DNA from: Gemmatimonadaceae bacterium
GTDB taxonomy: Bacteria; Gemmatimonadota; Gemmatimonadetes; Gemmatimonadales; Gemmatimonadaceae
Direction of reading: 5' to 3'
Assembly (NCBI GenBank): GCA_033763905.1
Contig: JANRJP010000103.1
Coordinates: forward strand, 1-39,816
DNA length: 39,816 nucleotides
Both the position numbers and the translations under genes were made by a program. Below, piece by piece: positions 21,506-30,137 of this stretch (position 1 is the stretch's first letter; each line of letters begins with the position of its first letter). The notes below the pieces were generated by a model. It worked only from the letters and a program-made list of their open reading frames with translations. It searched no databases and was not told the origin of the DNA.

Positions 21506-21878
21506 TGGCGGCGATGATCTCGAACCGATACTCGCCCTTTACCGGGTGGCCGTCGTCTCCGGTGACTTGCCAACGGACGACATATCGACCCACCGGGAAC
21601 GGCGCAGTCGCCGTGGCAAGCACGGTCTTGTCATCGGCGGGCGCCAGCCGAAGCGGTTGTAGGGCGACCGCGCTGGTCCCCCGCAGGACCGTGACGCGCG
21701 TGAGCGCGAGATCGAGTGGTTCGTTGAATGTGAGGGCGACTTCCTTTGTCGCTTCCGCTGAACGGCTGTCCGCTGCTGGCGCTGCTTTCAGCAGTCTCGG
21801 ATGCAGACTCGCCGCCCGGACGGGCACCCCAAGCACCAGCGAAACAACCATGATGGCGACGGCGACGCGACCTCGCAT
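21495..21878 (-). CDS. copC: CopC periplasmic copper-binding protein
   Basis: Signal peptide then HPRLLKAAPA, V.LTFNEP, G.Y.VRWQV.GDDGH.VKG.Y.F; GAAGGAG RBS. Confidence 0.88.
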   Translation of the reverse strand: MRGRVAVAIMVVSLVLGVPVRAASLHPRLLKAAPAADSRSAEATKEVALTFNEPLDLALTRVTVLRGTSAVALQPLRLAPADDKTVLATATAPFPVGRYVVRWQVTGDDGHPVKGEYRFEIIAASGR

Positions 21879-21910
21879 CGATCAGACTCCTTCGGAAAGG
21901 TGAGACGGCA

Positions 21911-22432
21911 TTACGGCATCGGGGGATCGCTGGGTCGGCGTGCTCGGCCGGCTGTCTGGGTCAGTCGCACGACCCAGCCGGTACCGCGCCGCTCCAGAAT
22001 TGCCGTCCCGCGACCAACCACATCGGCCGTGCTGTTCGGTAACTCGGCGCGCAGTGCGTAGCGAAACGTTGCCCACGCGACGTTGCCCGCAACCCTCGCT
22101 TCGATCTCAAAGGGGCGATATCGGAAGTTCCGGAATTCCTTGAGCTCGGGCGCAAGGTGGTTGTCCCGATAGTCTGCCCATCCGCGATTGATTCCGGCGC
22201 CCTCGATGACCAGCAGACTGTCTCCCGCATAGAGCGTGTCGAGCGCAGCGAGGTCATTGCGTTCGGCAGCGGCGAAGAGGGCTTGAATGGTCCGGGTCAC
22301 GGCGGCGACGGCGGTACCGACCGCCCCGCCCTGCGGCGCGGGGGCAACGCCCTGCGCGCCGAGCGATGCGCGTGCATCCAACGCGAAGAGGCCACCGATC
22401 ATGAGCCAACCCCACAGTGTCCGCATCTGCAT
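21911..22432 (-). CDS. Secreted NTF2-like/SnoaL (DUF4440-type) protein
   Basis: Signal-like N-terminus; IQALFAAAERNDLAALDTLY, IEGAGINRGW.DY..NHLAPEL, GNVAWATF, GTAILER...GW; start uncertain (22426/22432). Confidence 0.75.
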   Translation of the reverse strand: MQMRTLWGWLMIGGLFALDARASLGAQGVAPAPQGGAVGTAVAAVTRTIQALFAAAERNDLAALDTLYAGDSLLVIEGAGINRGWADYRDNHLAPELKEFRNFRYRPFEIEARVAGNVAWATFRYALRAELPNSTADVVGRGTAILERRGTGWVVRLTQTAGRARRPSDPPMP

Positions 22433-22476
22433 CGACCGGAAGGAGTCAGGCGTGCCCTGCACAGCAGGTGCGGCGC

Positions 22477-22809
22477 TCAGAAGCCCAAATACGCGCGAAT
22501 TCGCGGTTCGATCCGCTCGGGCGACCAGGGCGGCGACCACACCAGATTCACCGCGACGTCCGAGACACCGGGCACGTTCTTGATGGCCTGGTCGGCCTGT
22601 CCCATGATCTCCGGGCCGCTCGGGCAGCCGGGCGACGTCAGGGACATGTCGATCTGCACGTTGCCGGCGTCGACCTTGATGTCGTAGATGAGCCCGAGGT
22701 CGACGATGTTCAAGTTGAGCTCGGGATCCTTCACCTTGCGCAAGGCCAGCTTGACCTGATCGGTGGTCAGCGGGGCCTGCGGGTCAGTGGTTTCGACGGT
22801 ATCCGACAT
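22477..22809 (-). CDS. sufT: DUF59/SufT (PaaD-like) metal-sulfur cluster assembly factor
   Basis: VKDPELNLNIVDLGLIY, MSLTSPGCP, VWSPPW. Confidence 0.9.
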   Translation of the reverse strand: MSDTVETTDPQAPLTTDQVKLALRKVKDPELNLNIVDLGLIYDIKVDAGNVQIDMSLTSPGCPSGPEIMGQADQAIKNVPGVSDVAVNLVWSPPWSPERIEPRIRAYLGF

Positions 22810-22862
22810 ACGTGAATAATCTAGTCGGATTGGAACGCCGAAGCTAGTTGCTGCAAGTGTCG

Positions 22863-24314
22863 TCAGGACTTTGACTTAGGCCGCTTCTTCGTCGCCGACT
22901 TGGCCTTCGCTGTCGTGGCCTTCTTCTTCGTCGGCTTCGCGGAGGACTTGGTCTTCTTCGCCGTGGACTTTCTTGCGGTCGAGGCCGACTTCGAACGGGT
23001 CGAAGCGCTCGAGGCCTTTCCGCGCGACGGGCGACGACTCTTGGCCTTCTTCACGCGGACGGGCCGATTCCACCCGGCGCGGCTGTCGGCACGGAAGGCG
23101 ACCTGCTGGACCGCGATCTCGGGTTCGTCGACGACCGCCCACGCCGCGGCGTCGGCCAAGTCGTCACGAATGTCGGCGATGACCTTGGCGGGCCGACGTG
23201 CGCGCGCCGCGTGCACGCGGTTCGTCAGCAGAATGACGAACATCTCGCGTTCGGGGTCGATCCATACGGACGTACCGGTATAGCCGATGTGGCCGTACGC
23301 CGTGGGGCCCAAGAAGTCGCCGCACCCGTGCTTGCCGGCGCAGGTGTCCCAGCCGAGGCCGCGCTCTCCCGCGCTGCGCGCGGTGAAGAGCTTCACGGTC
23401 GAGTCGGCGAACACGCGGGCGCCGCCGAACGTGCCGCCGTTGAGCATCGCCTGCGCAAACACCGACAGGTCGGCGGCGGTGCTGAAGAGGCCGGCGTGCC
23501 CGGCGACGCCGCCCAGGATGTAGGCATTCTCGTCGTGCACTTCGCCGCGCAGCGGATATCCGCGCGGTGGAGTGAGTTCGGTGGGGGCAATGCGGTAGCG
23601 CAGCTCCGCTGGCGGGCGATACCAGGTATCGGTCATCCCAAGCGGCCCGAAGACGCGGCGGGCGAGATAGCTGTCCAGCGATTCGCCGGCGGCTTCTTCG
23701 AGCACCAGTCCGAGCACGTCCATTCCGAGGTCGGAGTAGACGAAGCAATCGCCGGGTTCACAGCGGATCGGCGTGTTGAGCAACGCCTGTCGCGCCTCGC
23801 CGGGCGACAGCGCGATGCGCCAGAGGTCGCGTCCGGCCGGGAGTCCGCTCCGGTGCGTGAGCAGCATTCGCACGGTGACGCGGTTCTTCGCGCCGCCGTC
23901 GGCGAAGGCCGGCAGATACTCCATCACGGGGGCGTCGAGCTTGAGCCGCCCTTCGTCGAAGAGTGCCATCGCGGCGGCGGTCGTCCCGACCACCTTCGAC
24001 ACCGAGGCGAGGTCGTAGATCGTGTGCGCCGGCGAGACCTCGGCGCTGGCGTCGTCCCACGAGAGTCGGCCGTAGCCGCGAGCGAACACACTGTAGCCGC
24101 GACGTCCCACGACGACGGCGGCGCCGGGATACCCGCCGCTCTTGATGCCGCGCTGCACGACCCGGTCGATGGCCTCCAGGCGATGCGCGGCCATCCCGAC
24201 CGCCGACGGCTTGGCATCGGGGAGCCCCTCGCCTCGGCGCGCCACGCGACGGCCCTCGGCGCCCGTGGGCGCGGGGTCGGACACGAGGAGCAGCGCGAGC
24301 AGCGGAAGGAGCAC
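22863..24314 (-). CDS. Beta-lactamase-family serine hydrolase (class C/AmiE-like) with Lys-rich C-terminal tail
   Basis: DLASVSK (SxxK), LLTHRSGL, YSD, GEVHDENA, GHAGLFS, GHIGYTGT; start uncertain (GTG 24314). Confidence 0.88.
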   Translation of the reverse strand: MLLPLLALLLVSDPAPTGAEGRRVARRGEGLPDAKPSAVGMAAHRLEAIDRVVQRGIKSGGYPGAAVVVGRRGYSVFARGYGRLSWDDASAEVSPAHTIYDLASVSKVVGTTAAAMALFDEGRLKLDAPVMEYLPAFADGGAKNRVTVRMLLTHRSGLPAGRDLWRIALSPGEARQALLNTPIRCEPGDCFVYSDLGMDVLGLVLEEAAGESLDSYLARRVFGPLGMTDTWYRPPAELRYRIAPTELTPPRGYPLRGEVHDENAYILGGVAGHAGLFSTAADLSVFAQAMLNGGTFGGARVFADSTVKLFTARSAGERGLGWDTCAGKHGCGDFLGPTAYGHIGYTGTSVWIDPEREMFVILLTNRVHAARARRPAKVIADIRDDLADAAAWAVVDEPEIAVQQVAFRADSRAGWNRPVRVKKAKSRRPSRGKASSASTRSKSASTARKSTAKKTKSSAKPTKKKATTAKAKSATKKRPKSKS

Positions 24315-24516
24315 GGGGAATCCGGAAAGTCGTACGGTGGACGAGCGCGGAACCGGGCTATACCTGAAGTATCGGACGTTCCGCGGGATTGGTTCCCCCG
24401 GGACCGTCCCTCTCGCAATGTTCCCGGGTCGGCTCGTCCGGTCAAGGACACTGCCAAGACGATTCACTGGCCGGGAAGGAAACCCTTTGGCGGGTGCAGG
24501 TGACTCATTGCACGAG

Positions 24517-25098
24517 ATGACCGACGATACGCACACCGTCCGACTGGCCATCGCTGGCGATGAACGCGCCCTGCGCTCGTTGTGGACGCGCTATTCGCCC
24601 TACGTGGACGCCGTCGTGCGGCGGCTGGTTGGTGATCCCGATGCCGCGGCGGACGTGGCACAGGAGGTCTGGATTCAGATCTTCCGTGCGCTGCCGGCGT
24701 GGCGAGGTGACAGTCAGTTCTCGACGTGGGCGCACCGGATCGCGGTGAACCGGACGCTCAATGCGCTGCGACGGATGAAACGGCTCGACGCGTTGCATAC
24801 GGCGATCGACGAAGACTCTGCGGCGACCGAGGCCGCAGACGCTCCAGTGGAGCGGACGATGTTGGCTCGGACGATCGACGAGGCGGTGCAACGGTTGCCC
24901 GCGGGCGCACGAGCGGTGTTCGTGCTCCACGACGTCGAGGGATTCACGCACGAGGAAATTGCGGAGCAGCTCGACATCTCGGTCGGCGGCTCCAAGTCCC
25001 AGCTCTTCAAGGCACGCGCCCGTCTTCGGACGTGGCTTCGTCCCCTGCTCGATACACCTGACTTCCGTGATTCTGCGTATGCCACATCTCCCTCCTGA
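24517..25098 (+). CDS. ECF RNA polymerase sigma factor
   Basis: DVAQEVW, FSTWAHRIAVN, VFVLHDVEGFTHEEIA...SKSQLFKARARL. Confidence 0.93.
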   Translation: MTDDTHTVRLAIAGDERALRSLWTRYSPYVDAVVRRLVGDPDAAADVAQEVWIQIFRALPAWRGDSQFSTWAHRIAVNRTLNALRRMKRLDALHTAIDEDSAATEAADAPVERTMLARTIDEAVQRLPAGARAVFVLHDVEGFTHEEIAEQLDISVGGSKSQLFKARARLRTWLRPLLDTPDFRDSAYATSPS

Positions 25099-25825
25099 AC
25101 GACTCGCTGCGCTCGTGAATGAGCCGGCGACGCCGGACGAGCAGTCGCTGCTCGCGGCGAGCGCGGCGACCCGCGCGGAGCTCGAGGCGATGCGGCGCCT
25201 GGTCGAGTTGGCCGGCGCCGAGCGCGAGCGCGTCGGACCGCCATTGACCACGTGGGAATCGCTGTCGCAGCACCTGCGCGCGGATGGCACGATCGGTGGC
25301 GGTGTGGGGCGCACGGTCACGGACATTGCCGCGCCGCGGGCCTCGCGGCCGGTGCTGCGTTGGGCGTTGCGTGCGGCGGCGGCGCTGGTGCTCGTCACCG
25401 GCGGCGTGGTGGGTGGCCGTGTGTCGGCCGGCGGCTCGGCGCTGCCGACGTTCACGTCAGGGTCGAGCACGCCGACTGACGGCGAACTGACCGCGACGCC
25501 GGTGGCGAACACCGCACCGGACTTCGCATCGCGCGAAGATGCGGCGACGGCGCTCGAGCAGGCAGAACGCACGTATCGGCTCGCGGCGGCCTTTCTGGCC
25601 GAGCACGATTCGACCGACGCCGCTGGCGGCACGCGCGACGTGGCGCAGGTGAAGACGCGCCTGGCCGCGCTCGAAGAAATGGTCGCGACCTCGCGGGCGG
25701 CGCTGTATGCCGCGCCGCAGGATCCGGTCATCAACCAGTATTACCTCGCCACGCTCGGGGCCCGTGAAGCGACGCTCAAGCAGTTGAGCAACGCGCAACC
25801 GGTGGCCGTGCGTGTGGCGTACTGA
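25079..25825 (+). CDS. Putative single-TM anti-sigma factor
   Basis: Overlaps the sigma gene; N-terminal HL..E.L, central TM (WALRAAAALVLVTGGVVGG), C-terminal helical domain (RAAL...PQDPVINQY). Confidence 0.7.
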   Translation: MPHLPPERLAALVNEPATPDEQSLLAASAATRAELEAMRRLVELAGAERERVGPPLTTWESLSQHLRADGTIGGGVGRTVTDIAAPRASRPVLRWALRAAAALVLVTGGVVGGRVSAGGSALPTFTSGSSTPTDGELTATPVANTAPDFASREDAATALEQAERTYRLAAAFLAEHDSTDAAGGTRDVAQVKTRLAALEEMVATSRAALYAAPQDPVINQYYLATLGAREATLKQLSNAQPVAVRVAY

Positions 25826-25832
25826 GGACACG

Positions 25833-26897
25833 ATGCGTTCGATTTCCCTGCAGCTCTCGCGGGTCGCTCTGCTCGCGGCCGTCGCCGCGACGCCACTGGC
25901 GGCCCAAGGGCGCGACACGACGCGCCGCGTTGAAGACATCGACGCCGAGATCGCGCGGCTGCGTCGCGACTTGGAGTCGTTGCGGTCCCAGCAGCGGGCG
26001 CAAATGCGCGCGCGCATCTCGCGGACGAACTCCGGCGGGCCGATGGTGGTGATCTGCGAGCAGAACGATCGTCCGCAGGGCTGGCTGGGCGTGACCTTTA
26101 CGCCGCCGCAGTCCGTCGTGGCTGGCCCCGACGGCCCGCGCCTGCGTTTTGCGGGGCCGATCGTGGTGGAAGAGATCTCGCCGAACTCACCGGCGGCGCG
26201 GGCGGGCATTGCGGTGGGCGATTCGATCACCGTGCTTGGCACCGAGGAAGTGAAGGGCAATGCGCTGAACTTCCAGACGCTGCTCAAGCCCGGCACCACC
26301 TTGCCGGTCACGCTGCGTCGCGCGGGCAAGGAGCGGTCGTTCAAGGTCGAGATCACCCAGCGGCCGGGCTCGGCTGATGGCGAGATCTGCCGCGAGCTGC
26401 CGTCGCCCTTGCCACTGATGCGCGGCCAGAATCCCGTGGTCGGCGTGTTCCTCGAAGGCGATAGCGGCAACGGAATCGACCGTGTGCGCTTGTTTCGCGA
26501 GCGGGCCGAGCGCGAGGCGCGCATCGAGACGCGCGGCGGGCAGATTTCGGTGATGGTGCCGTCGCTGGATGTCCCGGCACCGCCACGTCCCCCTGGCTTC
26601 ACGTACTTCAGCAGCGAGACCGGCAATGCCTTTCTCTTCGGCGCGCAGATGAGCGCCCTCACCGAGGATCTCGCGGAACTGACTGGCGTGAAGAAGGGTG
26701 TCTTCGTCGTGAGCGTGGCCGATGGATCGCCGGCGGCGTCGAGCGGCCTGCGCGGTGCGGACGTGATTCAGAAGGTCGGCGACACCGAGGTCTCGTCGGT
26801 GCGGGAACTGCGGCGGGCGTTCTCGTCCGCTGATCGCGCGGCGAGCGTAAGCGTCGTGCGAAAGAAGAAGCCGCTGACGCTTACGGTGAGCTGGTAG
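25833..26897 (+). CDS. Secreted tandem-PDZ domain protein
   Basis: Signal peptide ending PLAAQ; PDZ1 GWLGV...SPAARAGIAVGDSI; PDZ2 GVFVVSV..GSPA.SSGLRGADVI; no protease domain seen. Confidence 0.85.
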   Translation: MRSISLQLSRVALLAAVAATPLAAQGRDTTRRVEDIDAEIARLRRDLESLRSQQRAQMRARISRTNSGGPMVVICEQNDRPQGWLGVTFTPPQSVVAGPDGPRLRFAGPIVVEEISPNSPAARAGIAVGDSITVLGTEEVKGNALNFQTLLKPGTTLPVTLRRAGKERSFKVEITQRPGSADGEICRELPSPLPLMRGQNPVVGVFLEGDSGNGIDRVRLFRERAEREARIETRGGQISVMVPSLDVPAPPRPPGFTYFSSETGNAFLFGAQMSALTEDLAELTGVKKGVFVVSVADGSPAASSGLRGADVIQKVGDTEVSSVRELRRAFSSADRAASVSVVRKKKPLTLTVSW

Positions 26898-27723
26898 CGG
26901 GCGTCGAGTCGCCACGGACGGGCGTGACCGTCGGTGGCGGCTCCAGCGGTGGGCGTCGTCCGCCAGCGCGCACCGAGCCGAAGGGCAGGCGGTAGAGCAG
27001 CGCGGCTGTGGCCAGGTCGCGGGGTGTCGGCTCGTTCGCCCGCGAAAGCGGCGCCATAATGCTGGTGGAATCCGACGTGTGCGTGAGCCCCAGCAGGTGA
27101 CCCGCTTCGTGCATCGCCGTGCGGCGAATGTCGTGCATCGCGAGCGGGCTCGCGTCACTGCGGGACGTGGCAATGCTGATCGTGCCGGCGACGATGGTGT
27201 CGTTCATCGCCCGCGCATTGGTGAGCCCCACCGCCGGTGCCTGCAGCTGGTGCACAAAACGCACGACGACATCGGACGCCGACGAATCGGCAACGAACAG
27301 GAAGCGGACTGGCAGACGCGCCGGCGTCCACGCATCAAAGCCGTCCTCGACCGCTGCCGGGAACCCCGCGTCCCAGTTCGGCACGTCGCGACCGTCGGCG
27401 AGCCAGAGCCGCACGAGCCGCGTACCATCGACCGGCCAGCGGTGCAGCAGCGAATCGCCTTCGGCGATCACATCGTCGATCCACGTGTCGGCGCCATCGG
27501 CGATGATGCGGCCCCAGGCCGAGTCGCTCCGCGCGGCCGCCTCGGCGGAATCGGGGAGTCCGCCGCTGGCGCGGTCGGTCGTGATCGTCGTGTCGACCGT
27601 CACCGTGCCGGCGCTGAGCCGACGCGTGATGGTCATTCCCGGTCCACGCAGCAACGGCTTGATCAGCGGCAGGGCCAGCAGGACGGCCACGACCAGCAAC
27701 CACCGAAGGAACGAGCGGGACAC
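26881..27723 (-). CDS. Matrixin (M10)-family zinc metalloprotease
   Basis: HEAGHLLGLTH zinc motif plus SIMAP Met-turn; N-terminal TM/signal. Confidence 0.88.
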   Translation of the reverse strand: MSRSFLRWLLVVAVLLALPLIKPLLRGPGMTITRRLSAGTVTVDTTITTDRASGGLPDSAEAAARSDSAWGRIIADGADTWIDDVIAEGDSLLHRWPVDGTRLVRLWLADGRDVPNWDAGFPAAVEDGFDAWTPARLPVRFLFVADSSASDVVVRFVHQLQAPAVGLTNARAMNDTIVAGTISIATSRSDASPLAMHDIRRTAMHEAGHLLGLTHTSDSTSIMAPLSRANEPTPRDLATAALLYRLPFGSVRAGGRRPPLEPPPTVTPVRGDSTPATSSP

Positions 27724-27724
27724 G

Positions 27725-28663
27725 TTACGGGGCGTTGAGAAAGTCGCGGATCAGGGCGAAGCAGGTGGCGGGCTGTTCCCAGAAGGGCATATGGCCCGAC
27801 GCCGCAATCTCGTGAAGCCGCGTATCGGTCAGCAATCCCGCCGTGGCGCGTGACTGCGCCACCGGCAGGGGGTCGTCCACACCGTGCAGCAGCAGCGTCG
27901 GCCGGTCGAAGCCCCGGATGCTGTCCTGCCAGTCGTAGCCGTCTCGGTACAAGTGGGTGGCAATCGCGGCTCCAGTCGCCGAGGTGGCGCGCGGCGGCGT
28001 GAACAGCTCGGCGAAGGCCGGATCGTGGAACCAGGCCGGGTAGAGGGCAGCCGAATAGCGGGCGTGCGCTTCGATCGAACTCTCGTGGTCCAGCACGGCC
28101 AGGGCATCGACGAAGGCCTGTCGGGCGTCCCCCGTGAGTTTGTGCTGTACCGTGTCGAGCAGCGCTGCGCGCCAGGTACCCACGGGCCCGACGGCGCTGA
28201 TGAGCACCACGCGCCGCACCGGAGACGGCCGGTGGGCCTCGCGAGCGGCGGTCGTGGCCGTCGCCGCCGCCGCGATCGTGAGCCCGGCACCCCACGAATG
28301 CCCGATGCAATCGATCGTGCCCGTCGGCGACTCGGCCGCGAGCACCGGGATCAGCGCGGCGAGATCGCCGATATCGTGCGTGACCCGCGCGGCGCGTGCG
28401 CCCGGCGGGATCTGCGACCGGCCACGGCCCCGCTGATCCCAGAAGTGCAGTTGGCGCTCGTCCGCGAGCGGAGAGAACGCCGGCCACAACAGCTTGTGAT
28501 CGTAGATGATCCCGCCGTTCGTGCAGAGGGCCGGCGTGGCGTCAGCGACGGCAGGCGTCGCGTAGGTGGCAAAGGTCAAACCGCGCAGTTGGCGATCGAC
28601 CCGCGTCAGCGGCGGCGGCGGTGGGAGCGCTCGGCGAAAGGCCAGAAAGTCGGCGAAGGCCAT
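27725..28663 (-). CDS. Alpha/beta hydrolase (proline iminopeptidase-like)
   Basis: WDQRGRGRS, GHSWG, HGVDD, SGHMPFWEQP. Confidence 0.85.
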   Translation of the reverse strand: MAFADFLAFRRALPPPPPLTRVDRQLRGLTFATYATPAVADATPALCTNGGIIYDHKLLWPAFSPLADERQLHFWDQRGRGRSQIPPGARAARVTHDIGDLAALIPVLAAESPTGTIDCIGHSWGAGLTIAAAATATTAAREAHRPSPVRRVVLISAVGPVGTWRAALLDTVQHKLTGDARQAFVDALAVLDHESSIEAHARYSAALYPAWFHDPAFAELFTPPRATSATGAAIATHLYRDGYDWQDSIRGFDRPTLLLHGVDDPLPVAQSRATAGLLTDTRLHEIAASGHMPFWEQPATCFALIRDFLNAP

Positions 28664-28689
28664 ACGCCCAGCAAACTAGTGCCACGACA

Positions 28690-28723
28690 CGGGGCCGACC
28701 GACGGCATCGTCGGTCGGCCCCG
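28690..28723 (-). terminator. Perfect 15-bp hairpin downstream of tldE
   Basis: CGGGGCCGACCGACG-gcat-CGTCGGTCGGCCCCG, 7 nt after the tldE stop. Confidence 0.65.
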
Positions 28724-28730
28724 CGCAGGC

Positions 28731-30137
28731 TCACACCGCGTCGGACAACGACGTGAAGTTGAAGTCGCGAATCTTGAGCGAGGGCATCACTTCGCCGACG
28801 CCCGTACGCTCCGCGCGGCCCATCGCCTCGATGCGATTGAGCATCAACAAGGGGCTCTCGTTCCAGCGGAAGTTCTTGAGCGCCTTCGTGATCTTGCCGT
28901 TCTGAATCAGGAAGGTGCCGTCGCGGGTCAGGCCCGTGAGCAGAATGGAGCGCGGATCGAGCGAGCGGATATAGAACATATGGGTCACCAGCACGCCACG
29001 TTCGGTGCTCGCAATCAGCTCGTCGAGGCTCTGCGTGCCGCCGAGCATTTTGAGCCCGCCACCACCACCACCGCCTCCACCGCCGCCGCCTCCACCGCCC
29101 CCACCACCCGTGGCGGGCACGCCCTTCTTCTGCGCCCAGTACCGTGAGTAGGCGAGCTGCTTGAGCACGCCGCCTTCGATCCACGTGCGACGACCGATCG
29201 GCAGCCCTTCCGCATCGAACGGCTGTGAGAGCAAGTCGGGGTCGGCGGGATCCGAATACAGCGTCACCCGTTCGTCGGCGATCTTCTCACCGACGCGCGT
29301 CCCGCCTCCACGCTTCGAGAACGCACTGCGGCCTTCGTCGGCGGTGCGGGCGTTGAGTGCGCCGACGATCTGCGGGATCATATCCCCCACGGCCTGCGGC
29401 TCAAGAATCACCGTGTACATCCCGGGCTCGATCGCCGTCGGCTTGCGGCTCGCCACGGCCTTCTGCGCGGCGACGCGGCCCAGCTGCGCGGGATCAATGA
29501 GCCGCCAGTCTCGCGCGCCACTGCCGGCGAAGCCCGAGCCCGTGCCATCAGGTGTGCGCACGGTGCAGCCGAGATTCACGTCGGTGGATCGATGAAACGC
29601 AAAGGCACCGGCGCTCGTCGCGACGGCGACGGACCCCGCGCGCGCCTGCAGGAAGCCTGCGATCGCCAACTCACCGGCCGTGCCGCGCTCGGCCAGCGCT
29701 GCATCCATCAAGGCCTTCACTGCACCAGCCCGCACATCCGGCGCGAGACCGGCGGTGCTGTCGGAGTACGCGGGCACGGCTGCGTACTGCTGCGGGCCCA
29801 AGTCGGGCATCAACTCCGGGTCTTCGGGACTCAGCTTGGCGAGACGCGCCGCCAAGTCGACGGTGCGCTTGAGCGACTCGTCGTCGAGCACATTGGTCGT
29901 GGCGGAGGCGCGTCGCTTGCCGATGGTGGCACTCACGGTCACCGAGGTATCGGTGATGCCGCCGCTGGTAGTGATCTGGCTCGTGGCGAATCGCGAATTG
30001 CCGTCCCAGCCGCTGGTGATGTTCACGCGCGTGCTGTCGGCGGTAGAGAAGCCCAGGACACGCTGGGCCAGCGCGCGGGCGGCGGCTTCGTCGAGGTGCG
30101 GCGCCTCGGCCGCCAGGAAGAGCGACTTCGGCGTCAC
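28731..30137 (-). CDS. tldE: TldE/PmbA-family protein
   Basis: IEPGMYTVILEPQAV, PFDAEG.P, LTGLTRDGTFLIQNGKI, NFRWNESP; no HExxH; contains a poly-Gly insert. Confidence 0.85.
   Translation of the reverse strand: MTPKSLFLAAEAPHLDEAAARALAQRVLGFSTADSTRVNITSGWDGNSRFATSQITTSGGITDTSVTVSATIGKRRASATTNVLDDESLKRTVDLAARLAKLSPEDPELMPDLGPQQYAAVPAYSDSTAGLAPDVRAGAVKALMDAALAERGTAGELAIAGFLQARAGSVAVATSAGAFAFHRSTDVNLGCTVRTPDGTGSGFAGSGARDWRLIDPAQLGRVAAQKAVASRKPTAIEPGMYTVILEPQAVGDMIPQIVGALNARTADEGRSAFSKRGGGTRVGEKIADERVTLYSDPADPDLLSQPFDAEGLPIGRRTWIEGGVLKQLAYSRYWAQKKGVPATGGGGGGGGGGGGGGGGGGLKMLGGTQSLDELIASTERGVLVTHMFYIRSLDPRSILLTGLTRDGTFLIQNGKITKALKNFRWNESPLLMLNRIEAMGRAERTGVGEVMPSLKIRDFNFTSLSDAV

Noticed and set aside
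21885..22447. GACTCCTTC / GAAGGAGTC inverted pair flanking the NTF2 gene
   Set aside because: Only 9 bp, one copy is simply the copC RBS, and there is no transposase or target-site duplication.
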